From the NCBI GenBank assembly GCA_963693365.1, contig CAVNZM010000017.1, positions 659,989-723,988 of the forward strand: a stretch of 64,000 nucleotides of DNA, written 5' to 3'. Numbering within the stretch: the first letter of the stretch is position 1; every line of letters starts with the position of its first letter. This DNA is from Amoebidium appalachense. Taxonomy: Eukaryota; Protista; Ichthyosporea. Below the pieces are notes generated by a model, which was not told the DNA's origin, searched no databases, and saw only the letters and a list, made by a program, of their open reading frames with translations. This document shows, piece by piece, positions 1 to 13,512 of the stretch. Made by a program: the position numbers and the translations under genes.

Positions 1-98
<98 letters not shown>

Positions 99-330
99 GG
101 GGTAGAGGTAGGTGTGGGTGGGCGAGTTGGCGAGTTGTGGCTGAGTGTGTGCACCACTGTGTGTGTCGTATCATATGTCTGTGTGGGTGGGTGGGTGGAT
201 GTGCATACTTGCACATGTGTTGTGCATGTGCGTGTGCGTGTGCGTGTATGTGCGTGTGCGTGTGCGTGTGTGTGTGCATGTGCGCGTGTGTGTGTTTGTG
301 TATGTATGTGTGTGTGTGTGTGTGCACGTG
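1..330. repeat. (TG)n microsatellite and degenerate TG/TGCG tract, probably intronic in the aminopeptidase gene
   Basis: Pure (TG)n at 1-95, then TG/CG-rich degenerate repeats. This is the source of the poly-CV ORFs. Confidence 0.95.
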
Positions 331-465
331 TGTCCATGCAGATGCTGTGAATATGCCTGAGTTGATGGGCCTGCTTGCATGCATACACTTCCTACCGGCC
401 CATACTGCCTGTATGGCTCACACCCTCTCCCCCTAGCATGTGCTCACACACACGCCCCATATTTG

Positions 466-828
466 CACGTGCACTCACACAACCTCTCACGTGCACTCAC
501 ACACCACCCTGTCACGTGCACTCACACACCACCCTGTCACGTGCACTCACACACCACCCTGTCACGTGCACTCACACACCACCCTGTCACGTGCACTCAC
601 ACACCACCCTGTCACGTGCACTCACACACCACCCTGTCACGTGCACTCACACACCACCCTGTCACGTGCACTCACACACCACCCTGTCACGTGCACTCAC
701 ACACCACCCTGTCACGTGCACTCACACACCACCCTGTCACGTGCGCTCACACACCACCCTGTCACGTGCGCTCACACACCACCCTGTCACGTGCGCTCAC
801 ACACCACCCTCCCACGTGCACTCACACT
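466..828. repeat. 25-bp minisatellite (GTCACGTGCACTCACACACCACCCT)n
   Basis: Twelve head-to-tail units at 511-810 with degenerate units on each side. The last three full units carry an A>G variant. No spacers. Confidence 0.95.
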
Positions 829-843
829 CACCCTTCCCCCCAG

Positions 844-938
844 GACGTGTGTGTGCGCAATGACTCTCCCTGTGGCTCAACTATTGGCCCCATTCTGTCG
901 GCAAACACCGGAATCCGTACAGTCGGTATGTGCCCCTC

Positions 939-975
<37 letters not shown>

Positions 976-1369
976 ACCCGCCCATCCACCCATTCATTCA
1001 AACCTCATCCTCCACCCTCTCCATGTCGGATTTCTTCCTCCCATAGGCCAGATTGTCCGTGTTTTTTTTCTTTTCTTCAGACGACAAAGTCTTTGGTGAA
1101 TTTTTTTTCACTTCGTACCGGGTGGCACATTCTGTCTCCCCCCCCCCCCCCTCCCCGTTTATGGATTTTTTTTAAATGTGTTCTTTGTAACCTGCATTGT
1201 GTTGTCCGTTATAATTTGTACTTCGTCTAGCACATTCTACCCCCCTCCCCCCCCCCGGTGTCTTCTGCCTGCACGCTTACATTGTTGGATGTTGGGGTTT
1301 TCATTTTGTGACGTTTTGTAGATTTTCCTTGGGTGTCTCCTCCATATTTCCCATCCCCTAACGCATACA

Positions 1370-1403
<34 letters not shown>

Positions 1404-1951
1404 ACACACACACACACAGATATCGGCAACCCCCAGCTCAGCATGCATTCGTGCCGTGAGATGGGCGGTGTCGATGACGTGGGCCATGCAATCAACCTGT
1501 TCACGGTAACCCCCCCCCAACACCACCACCACCACCACCTCCTCCTCCTCCTCCCTCCCCCCCTCCTCCCCCCCCCCCCCCCCTCCTACCGACCCACTCA
1601 CCCACGTACCCGATCCTCCTGCTCACCCCCCCCCCCCCCTCTCTCTACCCCCCAGAGAGGTCCACCGCATAAAAGAATGAAGTCTAAGATGTTGCCATTT
1701 CTCAGTATGAAGTATGACATTACGAGAAGAACTCCCGCACCCCCACCCCCACCAACACACACACACACACACAACACACACACACACATACATACACGGA
1801 CAAATTCACACAACACACGAAGTCTTGCCCTTCCATTCCATTATCGCCTCGTGTTTGAAAAGTTTCTGGAAGTGACTGTGCTTACGTCACACACGTGCAG
1901 GCCTTCTTCAAGGAGTTCAGCAGCATGGAGCAGAACTTCATCATCGACTGA
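844..1951 (+). CDS. DNPEP: Aspartyl aminopeptidase (peptidase M18), last three exons 844-925, 1420-1505, 1901-1951
   Basis: GT-AG exons splice in phase to DVCVRNDSPCGSTIGPILSANTGIRTVDIGNPQLSMHSCREMGGVDDVGHAINLFTAFFKEFSSMEQNFIID*. RNDSPCGSTIGP and G.PQLSMHS.RE are the M18 C-terminal signature. The 5' part lies upstream of the window. Confidence 0.92.
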
Positions 1952-2520
1952 TTCTATTGGCCAGATATCACGCCACCGTTGCGCTCCATTGGAGCAGCAG
2001 TGGCTGAATTTAGCACACCAAACTCACACTGGCTGTGGGTGCGTGAATCGGCATAGCTACACATATAGCGAGGTGGCTAAATCACGTGTGAATGAGCACG
2101 TGCTTTTGGGTCCGGTCGATGTTGTCGTCACGGTGCTTGACTTGAGTCCGGTGGCATGTATTATTGCCGTATTTTTGGTTTTGGTTTACATAGAGTGAGC
2201 TCGGGATATAGCAAAACCTCCTATCTGTTAGGGGAGTATAAAGGAGACCTTTCGAATATTCCCAATGCAGTTGTATTGCACGTTGTGTCGTGTAGCAGCA
2301 GTGATTTTTCACGGTTTGGCAGCGTGCTTTCCTTTGCAAATTCTGAGTAAAGCAGTTTCGAGAGTGAAGAAATAAACAAAGTGCGGAAAAAAAGTGTTCT
2401 CACAGGCTGCCATGTTGTGTTTTAGATATATCCTTGTAGTTTCAAAACATATGTGAAAAGCTACATGCCCAGTGCCCGTGTACTGTCAGAATTTTCTGAA
2501 GGAATATTCCTGTGGATTAC

Positions 2521-2550
2521 CCAAGGCCTCCTAGATCTAGGAGGCCTTGG
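2521..2550. repeat. Perfect 30-bp palindrome CCAAGGCCTCCTAGATCTAGGAGGCCTTGG
   Basis: Read directly; intergenic. Confidence 0.9.
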
Positions 2551-2730
2551 AATTACTGGGAGTCTGGGGGTATGTAGTGATGCTACCGAAAATGTAGGCT
2601 GTCACTAAAAATAGAGAACTAAAAATAGAACTTTGTCATTCAATCGGCGAGCTAGAGGGCCGGGCCGCCGAGTAATTCGAACCACGCTGAGATTTTGAAC
2701 CCTGTTTCCTTCATTCCGCAGTTACGTAAT

Positions 2731-2764
<34 letters not shown>

Positions 2765-3083
2765 CCCCTCCACAAGAAGGCCCTGAGAGCAGAAGAGCGG
2801 AATACATCATTCACGGAGGGAAGGGGTTGCGATTTTGCGACGCTTGGACTTTTACTGAATTTAGTTCGCTGCACCCCCAAGCTTGTAGCTTGGCCAAGGA
2901 ACTCTATGAACTCTACGTATACACCCATCATAGTAACCGAGTTCTAGGCCGGCTTCGAGGCAAAAGGTTTCCACGAATTTGAAACCCACAACACACGCGT
3001 GCACCCCGCCGGGGTTAGAAGGACATGAGCGCAGAAAGAGGAGTTGTGTGTAGACTAGGTTTGTGTCATTTTGGGCGGAGAGG

Positions 3084-4130
3084 ATGGGGACGAAGAGAGA
3101 AGGGCTGCTGTGCCCTGAGTGTCCGACCCACCCCACGTTCAGAACCATAGAAGACCTGCAGACACACTTCAGCAGAGAGCACCTGAACGAGTATGTGCAC
3201 ACGCACAAACGGGAACGCACAGACACGCGTACACTCACACAGACGCACACACGCACGCACAGACACGCTTGCACACGCAAACATACATCACAGGAACACC
3301 TACGCAGACGCACACACACATTGCGCGACATAGATCACCCCATTCACCCATTCAGGAACCGAACACCTGTAAACGTGCGCCCGAGACTCACGCACACCAC
3401 GCAAAAGCTGTGCCCCACATAAGCGCAGACGCACACGCACTGGAACACACCCTACGAGATATGCTCGAGCAGGCAACCGCACAAATCATACGGCCTGACG
3501 GCACGCACACACAATTGGAACAGAATAACATGGTAGATTTTCACACACACACCGACTCCTGTAGTTTGGCTGGCACACGTGCAAACGGTAACTGTTGTGA
3601 AAAAAGCACACCTATAAGCAGGCATAAGCGAGCGCAGACGTGTTGCATGCACACCTATCACACGAACAGATCTCGTTTACACACACATCCTTAGGCCCAG
3701 TGCATACAATCACATTCACAGCAGGCACAACACAAAAACATGCAATTACCACATTACCACATTACCACATTACCACATCCTCCCCATCCACGCACTGAGC
3801 ATCGCCATCTATTGCCTGTCTGCAGGGGTCGGGACGAGGGGGTGTTGGGTATGCTTGCCAGTCTCGTGTTCACCTCCACAGATACGGTATTCCTTCACCC
3901 CCCTCCCCCCCCGCCCCCCCCCCCTTCTCCCCCCCGTCCCCCGTCCCCCCTGCTTCCCTCGGCCCCCCCTACCCCTGCACAGACACATACACACGCATAC
4001 ACACCTGCACTGCATGCACACAGGCGTGCGCACACACAAGGACATACACAAACCGTCACTCCCCCCTCCGGTACCCCCCCCCCCCCCCCCCCCCCCGGCG
4101 CTTACACACGTACACACGTGCGCGCGCGAG

Positions 4131-4218
<88 letters not shown>

Positions 4219-5310
4219 AGCACGCTGTCCCCAGTCTTTAATCACTCCCTGCTATCGTTTTTCTCCCCTGCAATATACTCCGCAGTTTCTTCTCTTGCCG
4301 TCTAACCTCCAGCCCTTCTCTTCAACAAAAACATACACACACACACAAACACACACGTACACGCACACGCACACACACACGCACACACACACAGGCACCA
4401 CCACCTGAGCAGGAGCCAGATGATAGTCAAGTAACCAGACAGCACTGGAAATTGGACAGCAAACATGTATTTGCCGCCCCCTTCACCCCCCCCCCTCCCC
4501 CCCCCCCCCCCCCAGCTTCCCCTCCCTGCATAAAATGTGTGCACAACCTCTGCAGCATTTTCCAGTCCCCCCCCACCCACCCACCCACCCACCCACCCGA
4601 CCCCACCCCCTTTTCTTCCGTGCGGTGTTGGCAGCCCCTATCCTCCCGGAGCCCCCCCCCCCCCCCCCCCCCTGGAGATGGGGTCTACTTATTATTCATA
4701 CTCTATGGGTGTGGCTTGCACTCTGCATCCTTTTACCCGTTATGCGTACTTCACACGCTGGAACAAATCCCCCCCCCCCCCCCCCCCAAAAAAAAAAAAA
4801 ACAAACAAAAAAAAAAAAAAAACATCCACCTCATACACAGCTCTAGGTTTATACCCACCACACAGCTGTAGGTTCATAGACCACCTGTATTATCTGGGCT
4901 CTTGATTTGTTATTTTAGGCCACCTTTGCATTCATGTGATTTGCCAGTATGATCAAAGTATGAGGGTATCCTTGCATGCATGTTCTTTCAACAAAAACTT
5001 TCACTCTCATCACCCTTCCATTCCTCCTTTGGTTTCCTCCTTCCTCGTATTCTTATTTTGTTCCCACCCCCCGCCCCTCCCCCCACCCCCAATGTCATAT
5101 GCCCTATTCTACCACTTACACCCCCCCCCCCCCCCCCCCCCCCCCCCGCCTGCAGTGCTATGCATGTGGCATTGCATTCACAGCCCTCAACAGAAGACAC
5201 CACTGTAGATGGTATTTGCCCCCCCTCCCCCCCCCCCCCCTTCCCCTCCCTACACACCTACCCACACCCACACAGGCGCGCGCTCGCGCACACACCCACA
5301 CCCGCGCAGG

Positions 5311-5377
<67 letters not shown>

Positions 5378-5567
5378 TCTCCCCCCTGCCCCCCCCTCCC
5401 CTCCCCTCCCTCTCCCCCCCTCTGGGGGCTCACCGACACACACACACACACACTGCCCGCCTGCCTACCCACCTTTCTAGAGCACATGACACCCTTCCTG
5501 GCTCCCTTTTTACCTCTCCTTCTCCTTCCGTTGCTTTCTACAACAGAAGGGGAGGCGCCACCCGCCC

Positions 5568-5599
<32 letters not shown>

Positions 5600-6230
5600 A
5601 AAAAAAAAACCTCTTCCCCCGGGGGGAGGGGAGGGAGGTATTTTCCATCCATCCCCCTTGGTCCGCCCTTCATTTTCCATAGTATCTCCCTACCGATTGT
5701 GTGCTTTGCGAAGCTGAAAACTGGAATGAGTTCGTGGGTTTTTTTCCCCTTTTCCTTAATTGCCTTGCTCTTCTTCTTTTTTTTTCTTCCTTTTTTTTTT
5801 CCTGTTTGTGTTGTGTGTGGGTGTGTTGGGGGGGAAGGGAGGAACGGGGGACCCGGGGGAAGGGGAACTTTCATGAAACCTCGGCAATATTGTCATATCG
5901 AACAGGATTTAAGTATGATCAACGTAGGACAATGCTGACACCTCACAGATGCTAATGCATTCATTATCACCTCTATGGTTTTTCAGCAGCATATTTTGTA
6001 CCTGCACTTACAGCTAGGAACCCTCCCCCCTCCCCCCTCCCCCCTCCCCCCGCTTTCCCCCCTGCCCCCTCTCTTCTCCTCACCCCCCTCCGAGCATGGG
6101 GGGTCGCCCAATGGCGCTTGCTCTCTCTGTGTGTGTGTGTGCTTGTTCTTTTGGAACATCTGCATTCCACTACTTTTTTGGTAGGTAGGTTAGCACTTCT
6201 AATTGCATCACATCCCCCTCCCCCCCCCTC

Positions 6231-6261
<31 letters not shown>

Positions 6262-7219
6262 ACACCCATCCACCCTCCCTCTTCCCAGGCTGGGCGCTGC
6301 TAATGATTCATACCGTTTATTTGTGCTTGGCAAGATGTATTCTGTTGAAGGTCATACATACCCCCACACACCAAAAAAGTAAATATAATAATGAATAAGT
6401 TGATAAAGATAATATAAACTTCTGCCTTGTAGTCCCTGCCCTGAATGTGCACTTAACACTCTCAACCGCCTTCTAACACCCCCCCTTCCCCCCCCCCCCC
6501 CCCTCCCCCCCCGCCCTCTCTTTTTCCAGCTGTGGGCAGGCCTTCTGCAACTCCCACTGGGGGTTTACTGTGCGGTTGGACACGGCAGGCCAGCCTGTGC
6601 CTGAGGGCGTACCGTGCAGGGGATGTAGGGACTGTCTGGAGGTGTGGGAGGATATGATGGGCGATAACATGGGTAGGTGGGGGGGGGGGTCTCATTTTCT
6701 TCTTCTTCTTCTTCCTGTCCTTTTTTTGGGGTGGGGGGGAGGGAAGGGGGAGGGGGGGAATGGGAGATGGGGGGGGGGGGAGTTTTGGTAGAGTGGGGGG
6801 GGGGGGGGGGGGGGGAGGAGGAGAGGTGTGTGTGTGGGGGGGGGGGGGGGGGGGGGGGATGGATGGTGGTGCTGGTGGTGCTGGTGGTGTTTTTTTTTTT
6901 TTTTTTTTTTTTTTTTCTCTGGTGGTGGTGGTGGTGGGAGGGGGTGGGGGGGGGGGGGGGGGGGGGGGGGGGGGAGAATAGGGAGAGCGCTGATGGTGGT
7001 GGTGGTGTGTGTGTGTGTATGTGTGTGGGGGGGGGAGGGGGGCAGGGGTGTAAAGTGTTCTCTCACTGCAGACTGATATTATTCCATGATGCAGGGGTTG
7101 TGTGTCGACTGACGGATAGATTTAAAGCAAGAAGCAAGAAGAGAGCAAGCCAGCTGGAAATAGACACTAACCGCCTGTATGGAAGACTACAGAAGGTAGA
7201 AGAACACACATGCACATGT

Positions 7220-7289
<70 letters not shown>

Positions 7290-7944
7290 CGAAAATGAAC
7301 TGCTGTTCATGTACTTGCCTGGTTTACCAAACAAGCAACCCGTATCCCCCCCCCCCCCCCCCCCCCTCTCCCCACCCCCTTCCCTCTTCCCGCCCCCCGC
7401 TTCTGAGAAGAATGAGGTATTAACATCCTGCATCGTTTCACCCGAACACGTGTGCAAAGACAACACACAACCCATACTGTGTGAGTTGTGTGTTGTCTTT
7501 ACACACGTGTGTGGGTAAAACCTCTGCCAGTTTAGCGTTTTATGTGTATGTAGATATGTGGATGTTGTGAAGCCAGAGAGGAGATTATCGCCATCAAAAG
7601 TTTTTGTGTTCTTGTTCGTGCAAATGTAAACAGACGGTGATGCACATTTAGGCCTAATGCACTGCACGTGTTGATCAGTGCACGTGCTGATCTCATGTGT
7701 TGCATATGTGAAAATGTTACATATGTGAATTCGTTACACGTGTGAATTCGTTGCACGTGTGAATTTGTTGCACGTGTTAATTTGTTACACGTGTGAATTT
7801 GTTGCACGTGCCAACCTAACACACTGCGCATGCAGATGGCCGGGGCGTTGGTTGCTGCCGACACGAAGGGCCTACTTGGTGAGGGTGCAAAGGCACGCAC
7901 AGAGGCTGCGGCAATAGGCAATGACCCTTTTCCTCCCCCCGCAA

Positions 7945-8005
<61 letters not shown>

Positions 8006-8424
8006 TGAGAGAGAGAGAGATGAATTAACACGCTTTCACTTGCTCACACACACTGTTAACGCCCGCAAGCACATGCACATATACACACCCCAACACCAGC
8101 CAAGCCAACACCAAGTAGATTTTGTGACGTATGTCCAATGGATATCCGTTCAACTAATAAGGCTATCTTAATGTATATCCAGCTGACGGCTTTCTAAGAT
8201 TATCCAACTTATGGCTTTTCTAAGGTATTGCCAACTGATAACTATCCCAATGTTTATCCAATTGATGGTGTTATCTCAAAGTAAATCCAACTAATATTCA
8301 TCCCAACATATATCCAACTGATATCTATCCAAATACATGTCCCAATTATGACTATCCCACAGAGCAACAAGTAGTCCCATGGCAAGATGCATCAAAAGCC
8401 TCAGCCTGCACAGTTAGTACCCCC

Positions 8425-8455
<31 letters not shown>

Positions 8456-8833
8456 ACACGACACACACACGTACACACCCACACACCCTCGTCGTCCCAT
8501 TTTGCAGAGATAAAGTTCAAAGTAGTTCCTTCTTCTTCTTCTTCTTCTTTTTTTTTTTCCTTTTTTTTTTTTTTTTTTGGGGGGGGGGGGGGGGGGGGAG
8601 GGGAAGGGGGGGGGAGAGGAGGGGAAGGGAGGGGGGAGGGGGAGAGAGGGGGGGGGGGGGGGGAGGGGGGCAGTTGTGTTGACCGTTTTCATGGGTTTGG
8701 ACTGCATGTCATCCTTGCCTCCCCCCTCACCTTCGTTTGGGCCCAGACACCGAACACCATTTGTCCCGTCCACCTGTTCTGTCGTATGTGTGTGTGTGAG
8801 GGAACAAAGAGGAGACACCGCAAAGGAGGGGGA

Positions 8834-8871
<38 letters not shown>

Positions 8872-9101
8872 AGAAAGTAAAGAAATACAAGTTCAGGAAT
8901 TCACGGCACATGAAGCCAATGCCTAGTTTCAGGCGCCTAGTTCACACCTCTCACACACTGTTTTTTTTCTTGCAGGTGTGCCAGCGCCAACTGCGACTTT
9001 TCAGCCGTCTGCACCACTGCCGATTATGTGGGCGGGTGGTGTGTGACTATGGGTGCTCGGAGATGCTGCCCCTGTCTTATCTCAGTGAGTGCACTGCATA
9101 T

Positions 9102-9132
<31 letters not shown>

Positions 9133-9152
9133 GGGGGGTAATGTGAATTGGT

Positions 9153-9251
<99 letters not shown>

Positions 9252-9296
9252 GTACGCGCGTGCGCGTGCGCGTGTGCGTCCCGGGTGTGTGGGGGT

Positions 9297-9331
<35 letters not shown>

Positions 9332-11077
9332 CTAAGATTGGGTGCATTTTTTTTGTCGTGTGTGTGCACGTTTTAACATATCGACCGTTGGAATGGGATT
9401 CCCTGCGATTTGCATGTTTGCATTTTGAAGCTGTCTGCAATGAATATACAATGTGTGCAGATATCATGGTGACCAATCAGATGTGCCGATTGTTGACCAA
9501 TCACGCGTGTAGATACCGTTTAAAGCAAGGTCCGTATCTACCATTTTAGCGTGTGGGCGGTGAGCCACATTGGTGACGTCATTTTGTTAACAATTATCAC
9601 GGAGCCGTTTATGTGCCCAGGAAATGGCGCGGAAATAGCGAGGGTGAGGGCAGGCTTTGTCCGATATCGACATAGGCCTATGTCGGTATTTATCACAGTT
9701 TGATGACGTCTACTGATTGGTCAGAGCCATCTGATAAATGTGGTTCATGGATGCTCGCCGCCCAGACGCTAAAATGGTAGATACGGAGGTTGGTTTAATC
9801 AGTTACCATGCGACCAATTAGAATAGCAGATACCTGACCAATCACACATGCACATGACATTAAACCAATAAAATGCACCGATAACACACACTGACCAATC
9901 ATCTATGCAGACCAGGTGGGCCAGCTGCTTGGTGCAGGCAGCGGGCAGGGGGCGCTGGGTGGGCTGTGGGGATATCAGCTGCGCACGTGCACTAGCTGCA
10001 GACACCTGATGAAGAGGTACGGTACCTGATACCCTTGCATGTGGTGGTGTGGGTGGTGGGTATATAAACATGCTATTTCGAAGGGAAATGATGTAATTGG
10101 TGAGTGTAAGATGAGGTTAATTGCAAGGGCAACTAACACCTGTGTTGGAATTCTTCGATTGTATAACTGCAATGGGGGGATGTACCAAAAAAGGAAATTG
10201 CCGTATGTGGGATAGAGGTAGCATTAGGCATTGCACACGGGAACACCGGCTGCGTTATTAAAATGGATGGGTGGTGACGTTTTGCACTGACACCAATATG
10301 AACGTATTATCGACGTCCTATTTATATCATGCATGAATCTCTTTCGGGTCCGACCCGACCCGGGTCCCTAATGAAACCCCCTTTATCTGAAATTTTTTGG
10401 GGGGGACACAGGCGGGAAGTACTTGCAGCACGAGGATTGGACAAATCCGTTGTGGCACAGTTGTACCAGGTAGGGGTGAATGTGATTGGATGGTGGGTCT
10501 GTATAGTTCTGAAGGCACATTCCAAGGTGGCTCTTAAAAACAACTATTGATAATCACGATAGGATAATGGGTTTGATGTGGCATAAAGGCTGTAATCGTA
10601 TGACATAATTGGTGTTCATATAGACATGTGTGCCATAATACATCATACGCCAAATAGGCCATAATGATATGACAAACATAAACGGTATGCGTTCATATGA
10701 CATATAATTGATGTTTGGTAAATTTGTCATATACATATTATATGGTCTTTCATATAAGCCGTTACCTGGTGAATGCTGACGTCATCCTAATTGCAGAAAC
10801 TAATTGAGCAGCGTGAAGCAGTGGAGAGTCTTATGCCCGAAACCACAGAGTTGATAGCAAGGTGGGTTGCTTTTGTCCTTCACCGTTTTTTGCTACCTCT
10901 TTCGTGCCTTCCACTATCCCCTGTGCGTGTGAGTCTCTCGGGCGCTAGCCCAGATTTCTTTTCTCATCTCTGGGGAGGCGCCCCCTTTACTCTTACTCTA
11001 CCCTAGGTGGGTGGGTGGGTGGGTGGGTGTGTGTGTGGGTGGCGTGGGTGTGGGCGGGCGGGCGGGCGGGCGGGCGG

Positions 11078-11127
<50 letters not shown>

Positions 11128-11156
11128 TTGGTGGTGGTGGCGGTGGTGGTGGTGGC

Positions 11157-11233
<77 letters not shown>

Positions 11234-11769
11234 GTTTCGGGGGGGGGGGGGGGGGGGGGGGGAGGGGGGGGGGGGATGGGCCAACCAAAGCCATCAGTAC
11301 TATTAGCTCACAACCCCAAACCATGCAATATGGGGTGTGCCCCTCGCACTGGTAGTAGTATACAATTTGGGTGGTAGCTCACATCCCCACCATTCTAGGC
11401 GCAAGGTAACAGCTGAGGATGTGCGCAGAGCCAAGGAGCTGAAGGGGGATTTGAAGAAAATGCTGGAAGTATGCGATCTGATCAGGTGTGTGGGGGTTGG
11501 GTGGTTGGCATGGGTGTCTGGTTGCATGTGTGTGCAGGCATTTGTCAACCTCCATATCATCTATAATGCCTGTAACGTGGTTGTTGTGGGGAAACATGAC
11601 GTGCCCTGCCACCCCCCTTCCCGCACCCCCCCCCTCCCCCCCCCCCCCCCCCGCCCCCCTTCCTCCAGAACACCCATGGGCAGGCGCTGGCGCGCGCACA
11701 CACACACACAGAGAGAGGGAGGGAGGGAGGGAGGGAGGGAAGAAGAGAGAGACAGAGAGCGGAGGGGGG

Positions 11770-11812
<43 letters not shown>

Positions 11813-11913
11813 GGAGAGGGAGGGAGGGAGAGGGAGGGAGGGAGGGAGGGAGGGGGAGAGAGAGTGAGAGGAGGGGGAATGGACGCACACTCGCACACGC
11901 TCATGTGTGCGCG

Positions 11914-11979
<66 letters not shown>

Positions 11980-13427
11980 AACCAAATACAAAAGGTGTTT
12001 TAGGTGGGTGGATCAGTTATGTTCCTATATTGACGGTGTTCATCTGGGGTGACAGGTGTCATGTATGGTGTTGTGTTTAGCCTCGAGGGTTTGTGTGTTA
12101 CAGAAACCGCTAAATCAACCGCAATCTTTTAACCTGGGTTTGTAACCAAATTATGCTAGAAGAATCTGTAGTCGCGATACAAACGCTGACACGTGCCATA
12201 GCCAGAAAATCGTGGGGTTGCCTCTGCCTGACGGTGTAGTTCCAAACATGAAGAATCCGCGCCAGGTGAGCCACCCCACCCACGGCATGCTTTCAAAATT
12301 CTATTCTTAGCTATAGCTTGCTATTTTTGGCTACATCCTGTATTTTTGGGGGCTCTCAAGTCCCTTTTCCACGGTCGTGGCCTCACCTCGACTTAAGAAT
12401 AAAAAGCCCCTAAGTATATGATTGTTTGCATAGGTGAACCTCAAACATGATATTGGCTCAATGGCCGGCTAGCTTTTATCAAGTATGACATCACTTTTCT
12501 GACAGTGAATACATGGTAGGAATAGATGTCGACGTTGGTCTTGATCCTGCCCCTGCTGTTCATTGTCCCAAAAATAGAGTAAGTGTATGCATGTGTTTGT
12601 ATGGACTAATGGAGTTTTCATCTGTTAACACCCTTTTATCTCCCTGCAGCCAACGACACACCCACAGAGCCAGGCAGTGCAGATCAACATTCGACGCAGT
12701 GCGGTGCAGTATATGCAGGTATATTTTATGCTCCTTCTCCCCCTCTTCACTGGCTTGAGATGTGATATAGGTAATTGTGTTGTGGTTGGAGACAGATTAT
12801 CTCCAAGCGCATAACTTGGCGCACATAGCTGAATGGATAGCTTGGCTTCCTACGACATCGACGGATGACTGGCACGCCCATTTCCATTTGCTCTCATGAT
12901 GTCATAATTTAACCTAATATGGAAGAAAGGCGTTGCTCTAACCAATCATTAGCAACCAATCCATAACACCAGAGAAGCTAAGGGCCCTTTTTGGAACCCT
13001 TCTGTCTTTCCACCTATTCACTGCAATGCTATTCTTTCTCATTCCATTAATGGCAACACCGTGCTTTCTCATTCTATTTATAGCACCACTTAGCCACGTG
13101 TAACCACGTGTTTTTTTGGTGGCACAGGAGCGCATGGTGAAACTACAGGCTTTGCCTCTTCAGCCAAGCCCCCCTCACCAAAGGCCCAAAAGAAAGTCAG
13201 CAAGACAAACAAAGCACCGGCACAAAAACAAATCAAATTCCCAAAGGTGAGTGGCCTTGTTGGTTGCTGTTGGGTTGGTGCGATGGTGTGGCGCTAGGGG
13301 ATGTGTGCAAGTGCACACACGCGCACAGGCACATGCACATGCGCACGCCCACACACACACAAACAAACACAGACATCCACCTGAGCTCAAAGCACGAACA
13401 CACATGCAAACATATGTGCGCGCACGA

Positions 13428-13512
<85 letters not shown>

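Noticed and set aside
466-828. CRISPR-like regular repeat
   Set aside because: Units are head-to-tail with no unique spacers, there are no cas genes, and the context is a eukaryotic intron.
2640-2712. B-box-like GGTTCGAAT on the minus strand
   Set aside because: No cloverleaf or A-box at proper spacing.
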